Source of the DNA: Octopus sinensis
Taxonomy: Eukaryota
NCBI RefSeq assembly: GCF_006345805.1
Contig: NC_043009.1
Span: 67,766,001 to 67,830,000, forward strand
DNA: 64,000 bases
Reading direction: 5' to 3'
Below, in pieces: positions 38,978 to 51,778 of this stretch (position 1 is its first letter; every line of letters begins with the position of its first letter). Both the position numbers and the translations under genes were made by a program. The notes under the pieces were generated by a model, which ran no database searches, was not told the origin of the DNA, and saw only the letters and a list, made by a program, of their open reading frames with translations.

Positions 38978-40463
38978 CGACAAATATACACACTCACTCC
39001 ATCCAAAATTATTTCTGTAGACCATTAGGGCCATAAAGTTTTCTACTCTTTCATCTTTCATTTCCTTTGTTCTTTTACCGGTTTCAATCATTGGATGGCA
39101 GACATGCTGAGCCAAATCCTTTAAGGGTTTTTCCTCAATTCTCTCGATCGCAGTATTTTGTCTCGTACAATTTCATTTCCCTTGAATAGGAGTTATTTCA
39201 ATCCACAGCAGAGTAATTAAGTAGAAGCTTGGCACAGCTCATCATTACATAAGTAAGTAATGTTAACTTGTGCTTACTTTGACATGTCCTGTGGGTATAG
39301 AAGATTGTAAACGCGCTCTTGAAGCAACTCACCTCTGGATTGCAATAGTTTATACACCCAGTATTATCTCCACTTATATAGCGTTCAGCAAATGAGAGAC
39401 AAATATACCCCGAGATAAGATACGAGTTTATCGGGGGATAATGTTTCTTATAGCGGGTACTGAGTTCGGTTTTGTAACTCGATGCACCTTTCGTAAAAGT
39501 GGTTGTAATACCCGTCTATGGAGTTACGAGCTGCTTTTGTTTTGTGATTGCTGTTTCCTAACGCAGCATCAAGCGTTACGAAAACCGCCATCTTGCCTGG
39601 TTGTTTTCTATTCTATCCACTCGGCCATGCGTACCCTCCTCATTCACTTATCTTAAATATTTAACCGATTCTCACGTTACAACTAAAAATGCTGACATAT
39701 TTGACCTTTTATCTTTTACTCGTTCCAGTCATTTGAATGCGGCCATACTGGAGTTCTTATCTTTTTTTTGAAACCTGATACTTATTCTATCGGTCTCTTT
39801 TACCGAACCGCTCACATATGGGAACATAAACACACCATCAACGGTTGTCCAGCGGTGGTGAGAGACACACACACATATGTATTCAAATACGAAATAGAAG
39901 CAGTATTAGTATAATAAACACTTTCAACCACATAGATTTAACGCACAACATGTCGAGTGCATTTGGCCGGTCGGCTGTGATTTGGCAGGATGGGGAATAC
40001 TCTCTCAAAGTACCGGGTGTGTTAAAACACGTGAAAGTCATGGGCAAGCGAGGTAACTCACCTCGAATCCCATCCAGTGTTGGGCATCGATGTTTTGCCA
40101 TTTTTATGGCTTGTCAACATTTCAATTTACCCTAACAAGATCGGAGTTGATTCACTTCGCCAGTCCTCGACTTATATACACATAGCGAGCAAACCGTGTG
40201 TGTGTAGGCCCGGAGGATGCATTCGTAAGAAGAAATTCAAATATGAAATCGAAGCAGCGCTATTGTAATAAATATTATCAACCAAAGATACTTAACGTGT
40301 ATGTGGCTGATAATGCCGGCAAATACACATACATTTTGTTGTCCACTAAATTTGTGCGTTTGTGTTATACGAGGAAATGTCGTAATTGTGTCGAACGTTT
40401 ATGTGGTTAGCTGCATAAATTCAACATGTCAGCAACTATATATATATATATATATTTCAATAT

Positions 40464-40656
40464 ATGACCCCGTGTGCATCGTTGGCGATTTTCTTTCTCC
40501 GTCTTCCCTTCCTTGGATCTTTCCTTTTCCTATGTTTCTGACGAAGAGCTCCGCTCGAAACGTTAAATCTTCCTTCTTTCTTGTCTTTCCTGGGCGTCCA
40601 ATAACACTATATTTGTTCCTCGCGTTGTTGTGTTTTGTCTTTGTTCATGTTTGGAT

Positions 40657-40660
<4 letters not shown>
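40464..40660 (+). mobile_element. Penelope-like family A copy with best-preserved hammerhead-like core
   Basis: GUUU CUGACGA A GAGC UCC GCUC GAAAC GUU AAAU at 40534-40568; (AT)n on both sides. Confidence 0.8.
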
Positions 40661-40746
<86 letters not shown>

Positions 40747-40872
40747 CATACATACATACATGCATGCATACATACATACATACATACATACATACATACA
40801 TACATACATACATACATACATGCATGCTACATGCATGCATGCTACATACATGCATACTTACATACATAAATA

Positions 40873-41258
40873 CAGGTCATCGTCGGCTTACGACCACAAT
40901 TGGTTCCGACTGACTGGTCATAAGTCGATTTGGTTGTTAGTCGGCCTATAGTCCTACATAGCCTTGTTTTAAGATTCTGTACTATACTGTTATATTCGCG
41001 TTAGTCAAAAATTTCGGAGTCTCAAGCAATCGATTTTGAAAACAAATACTAGGTTGCCTCGATGTCTCCGCGACAGGATAATCACCCAAAACAATGGCGA
41101 TCGATAACCAAATCTAGTGGAAGCGTTTGTTAGCTGACATCATCCGTAGACGGGTTAATTTCTAAGAAATTAAGCCAATTAGATTTCAACTGGACTACTC
41201 GGGAAGCTAGCGTGCCAATCGTTGTAAGGTCGATTGGTCGTAAGTTGACGACCACCTG
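40873..41258. mobile_element. Tigger/pogo-like MITE (386 bp)
   Basis: 23-bp TIRs CAGGTCATCGTCGGCTTACGACC / GGTCGTAAGTTGACGACCACCTG (4 mismatches), TA on the left and TG on the right. Confidence 0.75.
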
Positions 41259-41270
41259 TGTGTGTATATA

Positions 41271-41323
<53 letters not shown>

Positions 41324-41374
41324 GCATACATATATATACATATGTATGTATGTATGTGTGAGTGTGTGTGTATG

Positions 41375-41449
<75 letters not shown>

Positions 41450-42428
41450 ACGATGGGCTTCTTGCAGTTTCCTTCTACCAAATCCCTTCACAGGGCTTTG
41501 GTCGGTCCCAGACTATAACAGAAGACACTTTCCCAAAGTGCCACGCAACGGGACTGAACTCGGAGCCACATGTCTGGGAAGCAAACTTCTCATCGCACAG
41601 CCACGCATTTGTACAATTATGGATATGACTAATTACTCTCATTTATTAAGACATTTAATTCATTGCTTTAGAAACTGCTATTTGAATTAATGACTTATCC
41701 AATTTCTAGGCAACTCGTGCGATAAATTAAATCATTTCCTCCATTTTTTTCCTAACTATTTTAATCCGTATTAGTACATTCTGCCTTACGGCTTATAAAT
41801 CCCATTTCTTCACGGTGTTCACGTTCTGAGCACATAATCTGCATTAATATCTTGTAAAACGTTGTGCAGACAATGGACGTCAATACATTCCGATGTATTC
41901 CGCTTCTGAAGGTAATCCAAGTCTTTCACACAAACTGTTCTGTTGGTGCTATGTGAATTTTCATATCATTAAAATTCTTTGTCACATACAGCTTGTTTCA
42001 AAAAGATTAGTTGAATTAATCTGATTGTTGGTTTACATCGTCGTTTACATATTCTACAAACTGTAATCCAACAACATAAAACCACATTCCACTCAAACTG
42101 AACGCATGTCGTTGGATTAATGTATTTTGCTTTGAATCATGGATGCAGCTTATGATAGTAAATCTGCTCTATTCCGTAGCACTCTCCATTCTGTCATTCT
42201 TTCATTCTCTCATTCTCTCATTCTCCCGTTCTCTCATTCTCTCGAAGCATAAAAGGCTATAAATAACAGTATGTAAATTTTCATTCTCTCATTCTCCCTA
42301 TCTTCCTTTACTCTTCGCGGACCCCAGTGAGAATCCACAAAACCAGCATCAAAGGGCTTCGCTCAGATCTCCTCTCTTGGATCGGTAGCTTCTTATCAAA
42401 CCCAAGTAATAAACATCTACATACACTT

Positions 42429-42463
<35 letters not shown>

Positions 42464-42912
42464 TGTGTGTGTGTGGGCAGGCGTGGTTGTGTGGTAAGAA
42501 GCTTGCTTCTTTGTGTCCTCGTTTGTCCCCAACTACTGCTTGACATCCGATGTTGATATGCTTACGTCCCCGTAACTTAGCGGTTCAGCAAAAGACCCAT
42601 AAACAAGCAAAGGATAAAAGTATATATACAACTTCCTGGAACAGTTGATCTCGAAGCATAAAAGGCTATAAATAAGAGTATGTAAATTTTCAAACCATTA
42701 TTTACATGCTAAGATTTATAGCTTAATGAGCTTCGAGATCCTAGATATTTTCTCTCTTTGGTGGCGACATTTGCGTGAAGAATTGATGGCTTTATGATTA
42801 AGCTAGATTTCCCTCGATACAATCACAACTGAAGAATTGGTTAAATCATTCAATGGCACGTTCTGCCATGGATAGAATTTCTTGCAGGAAATTGTTGTTT
42901 TTCGTAAAGGTA

Positions 42913-43129
42913 TTGGCTTGGTGCATAATTATTGCGGCTTTTTTTCAACAAATTTTATTCAACAAACACACAAAAACATCTTTAAATTGCTATCAAGCAA
43001 ATGGGAAGCAATAATTGAAGTAGATGGTGAATATGCTCCGGAATAATCATTTAAACATGTTTTTGTTACATCTTGTTTTTTTTGAATAAAATTTGTTTGG
43101 AAAATAGCCGCAATAATGCACCAACCCAA
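42913..43129 (+). mobile_element. Mariner-derived MITE (copy 2), TA TSD on both sides
   Basis: Same TIR and internal layout as 4042-4247; the internal frame reads FKLLSSKWEAIIEVDGEYAPE*. Confidence 0.85.
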
Positions 43130-45577
43130 TACTTGTTTTTCTGTAACTAAAGTGTTTATATAGCTCCGGTTTAATAACGACTGGATTTTCGTCTGTCTTC
43201 GTCAATGTTAGGCCCTCCTCAAAGTTAACTGTTAACCGCAACAAAGTTAGCCACATTTAACAACGGCCAGATCGCCCAATGATTTAGTCACGGGATGGAT
43301 CTCACTTTGGCTTCAACAAATAAGTCTTGTAGTTGTCCGGAACTGACAAGGACACTTTGCTTAACATTGTAAAGGACGTTGTATATTATGTCCACTTCTA
43401 CGTTTAATATTGGTTTCGAATTTTGGTACAAAGCCAGTAATTTCGGGAGAGGAGGTAAATCGATCTCATCGACCCCTGTGCTTGATTGGCACTTATTTTA
43501 TCGACCCCGAAAAGATGAAGAGCCAAGTTGACCTGCTAGTACTCGTGCTAAGGATTCTGCCAGCTCGCCGCCTCGTCTGAAGTCGAAAGTAAGATTAGGA
43601 AAGACGGCTGGCTGGCAGAATCGGTAGCACACCGGGCAAAATACTTGGAGGTATTTCGTACATCTTTACGTTCTGAGTTCAAATTGCGCCCAGGTCGACT
43701 TCGCCCTTCATCTTTTCCGGGTCGATAAAGTAAGTGCCAGTAGTTAACTGGAGTCGATTTAATCGAGTTAACCCTCCCCAGAAATTACTCGCCTGGTGCC
43801 AAAACTTGAACCCAATATTAACTTCAGACAGGACAAACCGTAACACGGGATGTGAATACAGTTTTTCAATAACATCGAGGAAAGCATCATCTATAAAATT
43901 CACCATCCAGCACTGGCGTATCTGTGTCAGCTCACGTGACCTTTTCTGCAGCCTCTGCATCAGGTTGAGTAGAATATAAAAGCTACCAGAAATGGATTGA
44001 ATGAAACCTTCTTCTTCCATTCTGATTTGGAGTTCATGCGAAATCAAAAAGAAACGGTTGAAGCAAACATGAGATCGTAGCAAAAGAAAAATGGCATCAA
44101 ACGAAGCAAATTAAACAAGAATCGAACTGTTTCATTAATGAAAGAACTGACTACAAGATGCATGTATGGAAGAATGTCGGTACATAAATAAATCAGATAC
44201 TAAACGAAATCAAACATAGAGGCAGGGGTTGTTAAGATTTGATTATCAGAAATTTCCTAGTTACTGCCAAGAAAATAATGCTAGCTCATAAATTTTGAAA
44301 CCAATGTTTTTTCGGCAGCAACAACTCTCAGAAACAAATTCTTTCTTGTAAAGATTTTACATGAATGAGAGATCGATCGATAAAATACCGTTTCCTTCGT
44401 GTTTTTAACACGTGTTAAAGCTTCCTCTCGCCATGTACTTACTCACAGCATGGTATCTTTAGTTAACAAACTGTTCAACTAATTGCAACAGACGGAGAAA
44501 TTATGCTAGGACTGATTACAAAGCACATAATTTAGATCCTTTGTTAATCTACAGAGGCTGGAGCCATTTTCTGGAGCCATTTGATTCTAAGTTAAGATTC
44601 TACGACGAAATATTATGCTAACTACGCAGTTCCCATGTATGGGTTTATTTAGACAATCCGAAACCTTTAATTGGAATTTTTTTCAATCCTTTGTTTAGAA
44701 GTAATTTTTATAAGAAACAAATTATATTAGATGTTTTTCAAGTTGTTTAAATATATTCTACAGCCCGAATACGAAATGTGTAACTTCTTCCATAATTCTA
44801 CTTATAAGCTTCTTTTCCTCAACTTTAGATGAAACGTGGCATCAAACTTGTATAACAGCGCACGATATTTGTTCCCTGTCTCAGAACAGTATTAAATGGA
44901 TTGCTTTTAAACCGGGTTTCTGTTTTTGCAGGGGGGAAGTGAGGGGAAAATTTTCTACCAATATTATTTTTAAAGATGTGGACCATACCATTTAAACATA
45001 CCATTTCAACATACTATAAGTCACTTATGTCTCTTCGTCCTTAGGCACGAATGTTGTCCTACAGCTTTTGACCAGTCAGGTACATCGAGTTCAGCATTCA
45101 TTGTTTTGTTCTTTTAAACAAAGAAATGAGAGTTTATTTGTTTTTTTCCTGTAGAGCGTGAGTTTATTGTGCCAAAACTAACTATGAGGTCTGCTTAACG
45201 AGTTTTTCCTTCGGCAGTTTTGCACCAATCGTCATGAAAGTTTCGCTCAGTAGTTCAATAAACTGCATTGCATCGCGGTTCTACTATGTATTTACATTTC
45301 AACTTCCTCTCCCCGTGAAACAAAATTACAGTTGACCATGATGGACAAGGTTCGTTCCAACGCACATGGCCTTTATGTTGTGATATACCATGTGTGATTT
45401 TAGTGCAAATCCGTGGTTCATAGTGTTACGTTCTATCCATAGGATGAAGCAGATTTCGATTTGTTATTCGTTGTTCATGTTTAAGGGAATTGGTTTCCCT
45501 TGTGAGTGTCTCTCATCAGTTGCACCCTTAAATAATATATCATACACAAAAGTTGAAGCTGGTGGTTCGTGAAGAAG

Positions 45578-46083
45578 TTATTCTGGTTTCCGTTTGATGA
45601 TAATATCCAGTTGTCTGATATTTTTTCCCAATCGGTCGATGTTTTGCAGGAGAGAGATGATCCAATTTGGCTGCGTATTTTCAGGTTCGATCTCTGTTAT
45701 TCCCATCATTTGGCAAATGGTAATTACAAACACCATCCAAAAGTTAAGAACTTTAGCTCATGCCTGATGTTCTTTAGCATCTTGGTCGAGCACGAATATC
45801 ATCCAATCATCAGATATTATATTCCCTTCTATCATAATTGTTCCGACATGTTATGCTTTGTCGATGCCAAGAGAAACGTTTTGCTGAAATTTTGCTTTAA
45901 ACTGTATTTTAATTACTTCATATTCTCCATTCATTTCTGTTTATTCATAAGAGGCCACTGCGTATCCGTGTAACGACAGCAGTCCTATCTCAGTATTAGA
46001 GTTCTTGCTTTTGTTGCGGGTCAGGTCCTTCGCAATATTCTAGACGTAAGATTCTACTGATCCATTGACACCTTATTTTTGCA

Positions 46084-46158
<75 letters not shown>

Positions 46159-46480
46159 CGTGCGTGTGATTGATTTTGCTGCTTCCAGTCGCATATTTCT
46201 TCTCAACGATCGAGACATCCTTGCGTAACGGCTTTGCATTGAAATACGAGTAGTTGGGATATTTTACGAACCAGTAACCCTTCCCCGTTTACATACTCTC
46301 TTTTAGGCTTTTTGTGGAATTGCTACAGGTTTTGATTGAATCCAACAGTCCACTGGAATTACTCTTGAAAGCTCTACATCCTGCAATTGAGGTCCCCATT
46401 TCTGTTTCACCATGGCGCATGTAATAGCGATCCGAGTATTACTGACCAATTTTACTTCGTTGATTCATTACTGCTAATCA
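45578..46480 (-). mobile_element. Possible highly degraded Ty3/Gypsy pol remnant
   Basis: The minus frame IEGNIISDDWMIFVLDQDAKEHQA*AKVL...RLGKNIRQL loosely resembles the RT xxDD region. The + ORF 45569-45973 is its exact antisense frame. Weak similarity, from memory. Confidence 0.25.
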
Positions 46481-46999
46481 CTTCCTAAAGAGGCAGCTTC
46501 TTCGCGTTTATTCCAAAGAGACACTCCTCTTTCACTAGGCTTGTAAGAAAACCAAGAGTAGTAGAAATCAACGCCATGTATACATGTATGTGTGTGTGTA
46601 AGTTTGAGTGTATAAGTTTGAATATATGTATTTATGTATGCATGTATTTAAACACAAAATATGAACGTGGATATATATATATACGTATAATGTATATATC
46701 TATATATATATGTATACATGTACGTATCCCTACACATACACACACGTACGCACACGCACACACACATACACAAATATATATATATATATATAAACACGAC
46801 GGGCTTCTTTCAGTTTCCTTCTACCAAATCCTCTCACATGGCTTTGGTCGGCCCGTGGCCGTGGGTGCCACGCAGTGGGACTCAACCCGGAACCATGTGG
46901 TTGGTAAACAAGCTACTTACCACACAGCTACTCCTACAATTCTTTCTCGATGCCTGGGACTAATGTCTCGTTTTCCCTAGCGTAAAAGTGACCGAGGCC

Positions 47000-47185
47000 G
47001 GAATGTTTACCTTGACCGTGATAGCTGTCCGGTACAGTGTGACCCATTTGCGGCTGAGTGAACTGAGGAAGCAGGAAATGAAGTGCTTTGCTCAAGAAAA
47101 CATCACACCACCCGGAACTGTTCGGGAACTGAAGCCAGAGTCTATCGATCGTGAGTGCAACACATTAACCACTTGGTCATACACT
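47000..47185 (-). mobile_element. Third tRNA-derived SINE type (diverged)
   Basis: Minus strand gtatgaccaagtggttaatgtgttgcactcacgatc...ttcttgagcaaagcacttcatttc...cagttcactcagc: a tRNA-like head plus a conserved-core-like segment. Confidence 0.55.
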
Positions 47186-47349
47186 TTTATATATGTACAT
47201 ACGCAGCCCGACTATGGCTTGGCGGGCCGAAGCTTCGAAGTTACTGTCAATGATATTCACTACAAAATATAGAGTAACCCATCAGAATAATGTACAAGTG
47301 TTTCTATTATAACTGAACATAAAAACAAGCACTAGTTTAAGTGTGTATG

Positions 47350-47382
<33 letters not shown>

Positions 47383-48185
47383 GTGCATGTATGTATATAT
47401 GTATATGTATGTATGTGTGCATCTATGTATGTATATATGTATGTATGTATGTTTGTATGCATGTATATATGTATGTATGCATGCATTCATGTATGTATAT
47501 ATATGTGTATGTAAGTATATATGTTTGTATGCATGAATGTACGTATGTATGTGAGTGTGTGTATGTATGTATCTGTCTATGTATGTATGTATATATGCAT
47601 GTATGTATGTATGTATGCATGTATGTGTGTGTATGTATGAATGTATGTTGGTAAGTTAGTTAATTACCTGGATGTATGTGTTTCTCGAAATGAATTAATG
47701 CCAGCGTTAATTAATTAGTAGCATTTTCATCTGCAGTACGGGCGTAGACTACAGAAATCACACATTTTTGTATGCGTTAGTGCAAAAAAAACTTAATATG
47801 CAAGATGTGCGCGCTTGATTGAAATCTCACAGGATTCGAACTCTTAATTAATTCTCTCTGAGATGAATTACTTCCCAAAGACATTTGCGTGGATGTGTAG
47901 TTCAGAAAATCGCTTTGGGACAACGTTTTTTCCCAGTGCAGTGACATTGCGCAGCATCTTGGACAAGTAAAAGAAGCTTTGAATGTGAAATTGGTAGATG
48001 GGAATTGCGTGAAAGGTAATCATTGCCTCTCAGACGAGTGCAGTCCTATGTTATGCAAGTGTCCTAAGAAAGATTCCTTGAGATTTCAGAAAATCTGTTG
48101 TCCCCAAATCTCAAAATAACATGACTTTCACTTTCCTACTATTTAAATTAGTATGTAATATCTTTGGAATAATAATAACAATAAC

Positions 48186-48233
<48 letters not shown>

Positions 48234-48871
48234 GATGATGATGATGATTTAAGCTATCTTTGTAACATAATAAATCACTAAAAAAAAGCATTCAAATTTT
48301 TGCTGTAATGAGTTTCTCATGATGGCGGACATGTTTGTGTGTTGTTAGTTTGCTGAAAAATTTGCTATATGTTTTTTTTTTGTTTTGTTTATACGTTTGT
48401 GTTTTTGTTGTTGTTTTACATTATCGCAAAGTCTTTAAATGTAAAAATATCTTAAAAGCGTGCGGCTTGCCTTGTTTACCGTAATAATAAGTGCGTTTCT
48501 GAGATTCTACTTATTAACATTATCCTCGCTATTTCTTTTCTTTTCCTTGCTTTAATTATTGTTGCTGACGATGATGCTGTTGTTGTCGGTGTCGGCGTCG
48601 TCGTCATTGCTGTTGTCTGAATTTTTTTTTCCGTAGTCATTCCTCTACTTGCAATCTTTTAATGATAGTTACCATAGAACTACTGTTAAGTAGCGATACT
48701 AAAACACTTTATATTACAACACTAATGTAACTTTCAGACAATGCGTTTCTTTTCGAAGCATTTTCCCACATCTGCAAAATACCGCACGTCAATGTAGGCA
48801 CACACACAGAAATACAGACATGCATTCACACGAATCTGGTCTGGAAGAAAAGCTTTTTCTCGTAAAGGTAC

Positions 48872-49265
48872 AGGAGTGGCTTGCTTACCAACTATATGGT
48901 TCCCGGTTCGGTCCCACAGCGTGGTACCTTGGGCAAGTGTCTCCTACTATAGCTTCGGGCCGACCAAAGCTTTGTGAGTGGATTTGGTAGACGGAAACTG
49001 AAAGAAGCCCGTCGTATATATATTGTGTGTGTGTGTATATATATGTGTGTGTGTATGCTTGTGTGTCTGTGCTTGTCACCCCACCATCGCTTGACAACCG
49101 ATGTAGGTGTGTTTACGTCCCGTAACCTAGCGGTTCGGCAAAAGAGACCGATATGATAAGTACTAGGTTTACAAAGAATAAGTGCTGGGATTGATTTGCT
49201 CGACTAAAGGCGGTGCTCCAGCACGGGCGCAGTCAAATGACTGAAACAAATAAAAAAAATAAAGC
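48872..49265 (+). mobile_element. SINE family A, full-length with small 5' deletion
   Basis: Head, core, (AT/GT)n linker and tail are colinear with 30503-30903. Confidence 0.9.
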
Positions 49266-50568
49266 AATAAAAAAAGATACATTATCTCGCTCCTACATAC
49301 AACGACATAGGTCCCTACTATTCACGAAGATTAGATAGCTACTGAAATAACAACTAAATCCCTGATCAGAAAAGAGAGAATGATGCATCCAAACCAAAAC
49401 CTTGATGCAGAAAGAGTCAACTATGCCATACATCATCATCAGCCTCTCCAAAATATCTGCAAGGTGATAAATGTTTAGCGGTATTTCGTTCGTCTTTACG
49501 TTCTGAGTTCAAATTCCACTGGAGTCGATTTTGCCTTTCATCCTTTCGAGGGTCGATAAAATAGGTACCAGCTGAACGCTAGGATCGATGTAATCGACTG
49601 AACTCCTCGCCAGAAATTGTTGGCCTTGTGCAAAATTTCAAACTAACATTGTTATTACTACATATCCCTGTAACGTCCGAATTAATCAACTTCACCTATG
49701 ACAGCCCATCTTTATTGGCCTCCAGAACATTGGGATATATTCTACCCACTAAAAGTTTAAAGAGCTATAATTAGGAAGAAAAATATCGTCAATGTAATTG
49801 CAGCAATTTAGATATTTTTTTCTGTCGGCATAAATTTACTAAGAAAATCGAACTCACATCGAGATAAATACAAGTTAGCAACTAACGGGATGCAGTTAAC
49901 GCCCATAGGAATGCCATTTACTTTTAGAAAACCTTATCTGCAAATGCTACGTGTGCGTCATTGATAATAAATATAATAACGTCTTTTAGTTCTTTCTCTA
50001 ACATGTATACTCGTTATATCTTATCCATGTTTCCAAACACCCTATATATACTGTTTTGCTTTTGAAATTATTTCTTCCACTTCACTGAAATCCAAATTTG
50101 TATAAAGTGCGCAAGAATACTGCGAATCAATGTAACACTCTTGGACTTTTCCAAAACCTTTGTGCAAGATCTAATGCTCCAAAATAATTTTACACCTAAA
50201 TTCTTGTAAATTGCTTTACAATACGTTGCGAAAGTTTAGTTAGCCGCACTCAATGCTTAATTAAGACATAACTTCATTAATTAAAAGTTTCAATGCCAAT
50301 ACATACATACATACATACATACATGCATACATACATACATACATACATACATACATACATACATACATACATACATGTCTTTATGTTCTGAGTTCAAATT
50401 CCGCCGAGGTCGACTTTGCTTTTCATCCTTTCGGGGTCGATAAATTAAGTACCAGTTACGTACTGGGGTCGATGTAATCGACTTAATCCCTTTGTCTGTC
50501 CTTGTGTGTTCCCTCTATGTTTAGAGCCCTGTGGGATGTAAAGAGATTGATATACGAAAGTCACGGCC

Positions 50569-50602
<34 letters not shown>

Positions 50603-50619
50603 CAACAACAACAGCAACA

Positions 50620-50765
50620 TCGAAAAATACCTTAGGAATGAGAACCCAGGTTCGAAATTTCCTCAAGACACCTGATGAAGGCTGGAGGGTATATCAGCCG
50701 AAATGTTGTGTTAACAACAAACAAGATGAAGACAAATATCAATCAAATGTAAATAATGTAAACAT
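50620..50765 (+). mobile_element. Penelope-like short element, family B, with hammerhead-like motif
   Basis: GACAC CUGAUGA A GGCUG GAGGGUAUAU CAGCC GAAAU GUU GUGUU at 50667-50712. Confidence 0.7.
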
Positions 50766-50991
50766 TGGAACTCTCGTCGTCGTAACAGAGAGAGTGCCAC
50801 AATTCACTAGACAACTAAGGATTAAAGAAATCGGCGACATTTAAACTCGTCCCGTAATAAAATACCGCGAGACATTTAATCCGGCGCTCTTCTGATTCAG
50901 TTATAAACTGTTATATTCCTGTATCGTTTTTGTGTTTTTATTGTTATTGAGGAGCTTATAAAACAGGTTCTTTATTTTCTTTTATTTGCAG

Positions 50992-51025
50992 TGTCCAAAG
51001 AAGTAACATTTTATGTATGGAAAAG
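50992..51025 (+). other. Candidate 34-nt exon of an unidentified gene
   Basis: Acceptor ttctttattttcttttatttgcag, donor AAG|gtacgt; two open frames (SKEVTFYVWK or VQRSNILCMEK). No partner exon confirmed. Confidence 0.3.
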
Positions 51026-51454
51026 GTACGTGCTTTACCACTTTTCGATCTTATTTATTTTCGCCCTGAGAATTCCAACATTTACTGCTTTTATATGAAA
51101 GGAGAATCAATAATGCGATCTCAAAATAAAACAAATAAACATGGCATTCATTTTGTGTGGAAAGTGCCACTGTGCAATGTCTAAGCTCTCGATAAACCTC
51201 AACACCGATAGATACGGTTTCTATCCTCAGTTCAATTCAACGTGGGTTTCCTTAATCGGCTAAAGCTCTCCCTGGGGTAAATTAAAAGAAACTCATAAAA
51301 TTCTACTTCTTACAAAATGCAATAGTTCCCTTATACATACATATATACATACATACAGCATGGCCACAGTCAAATGATTGGATAAAATAAAAAAGATTAA
51401 AAAAAGAATAAAAGAATATACAACATACATACATACGCACGTATATATATATAT

Positions 51455-51600
51455 ATACCGGAGTAAGCACATAAATGTGAAACAAGGTTTGAAAAAAGAG
51501 TACTCAAATACCAGAAGTAGAGTAATATGCTTTATTTAAAAGCAACAGAAATATAACTAAAGCTGTTACTCGGAGTTTCACATTCCCGTTCGTCGGACAG
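51455..51600 (-). mobile_element. Penelope-like short element, family D, with hammerhead-like motif
   Basis: Minus strand CUGU CCGACGA ACG GGAA UGU GAAAC UCCGA GUA ACAG (51600-51563); homologous to 2813-2945; abuts (AT)n. Confidence 0.65.
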
Positions 51601-51738
51601 TTTTGTTAAGGTGTCACTGCGTGGCACCTTAGGCATGTGTACTCAGCGATATGTGGTTGAGAACCCAGAACCATATGGTTGGGAAACCAGAGCCATGTGA
51701 TTGGGAAGCAAGCTTCTTACCACACAGCCACGCCTGCG

Positions 51739-51778
<40 letters not shown>

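Noticed and set aside
39278-39515. Two minus-strand exon candidates (39333-39515 and 39278-39288) with strong donors
   Set aside because: They would need a 44-nt intron between them, the peptide is unrecognisable, and the larger candidate has a weak acceptor.
43679-44083. 134-aa minus ORF with FIDDAF
   Set aside because: It runs into a SINE, both strands are open, and I recognise no family.
45569-45973. 134-aa plus ORF
   Set aside because: It is the exact antisense frame of a stop-interrupted minus frame that weakly resembles retroelement RT; no independent support.
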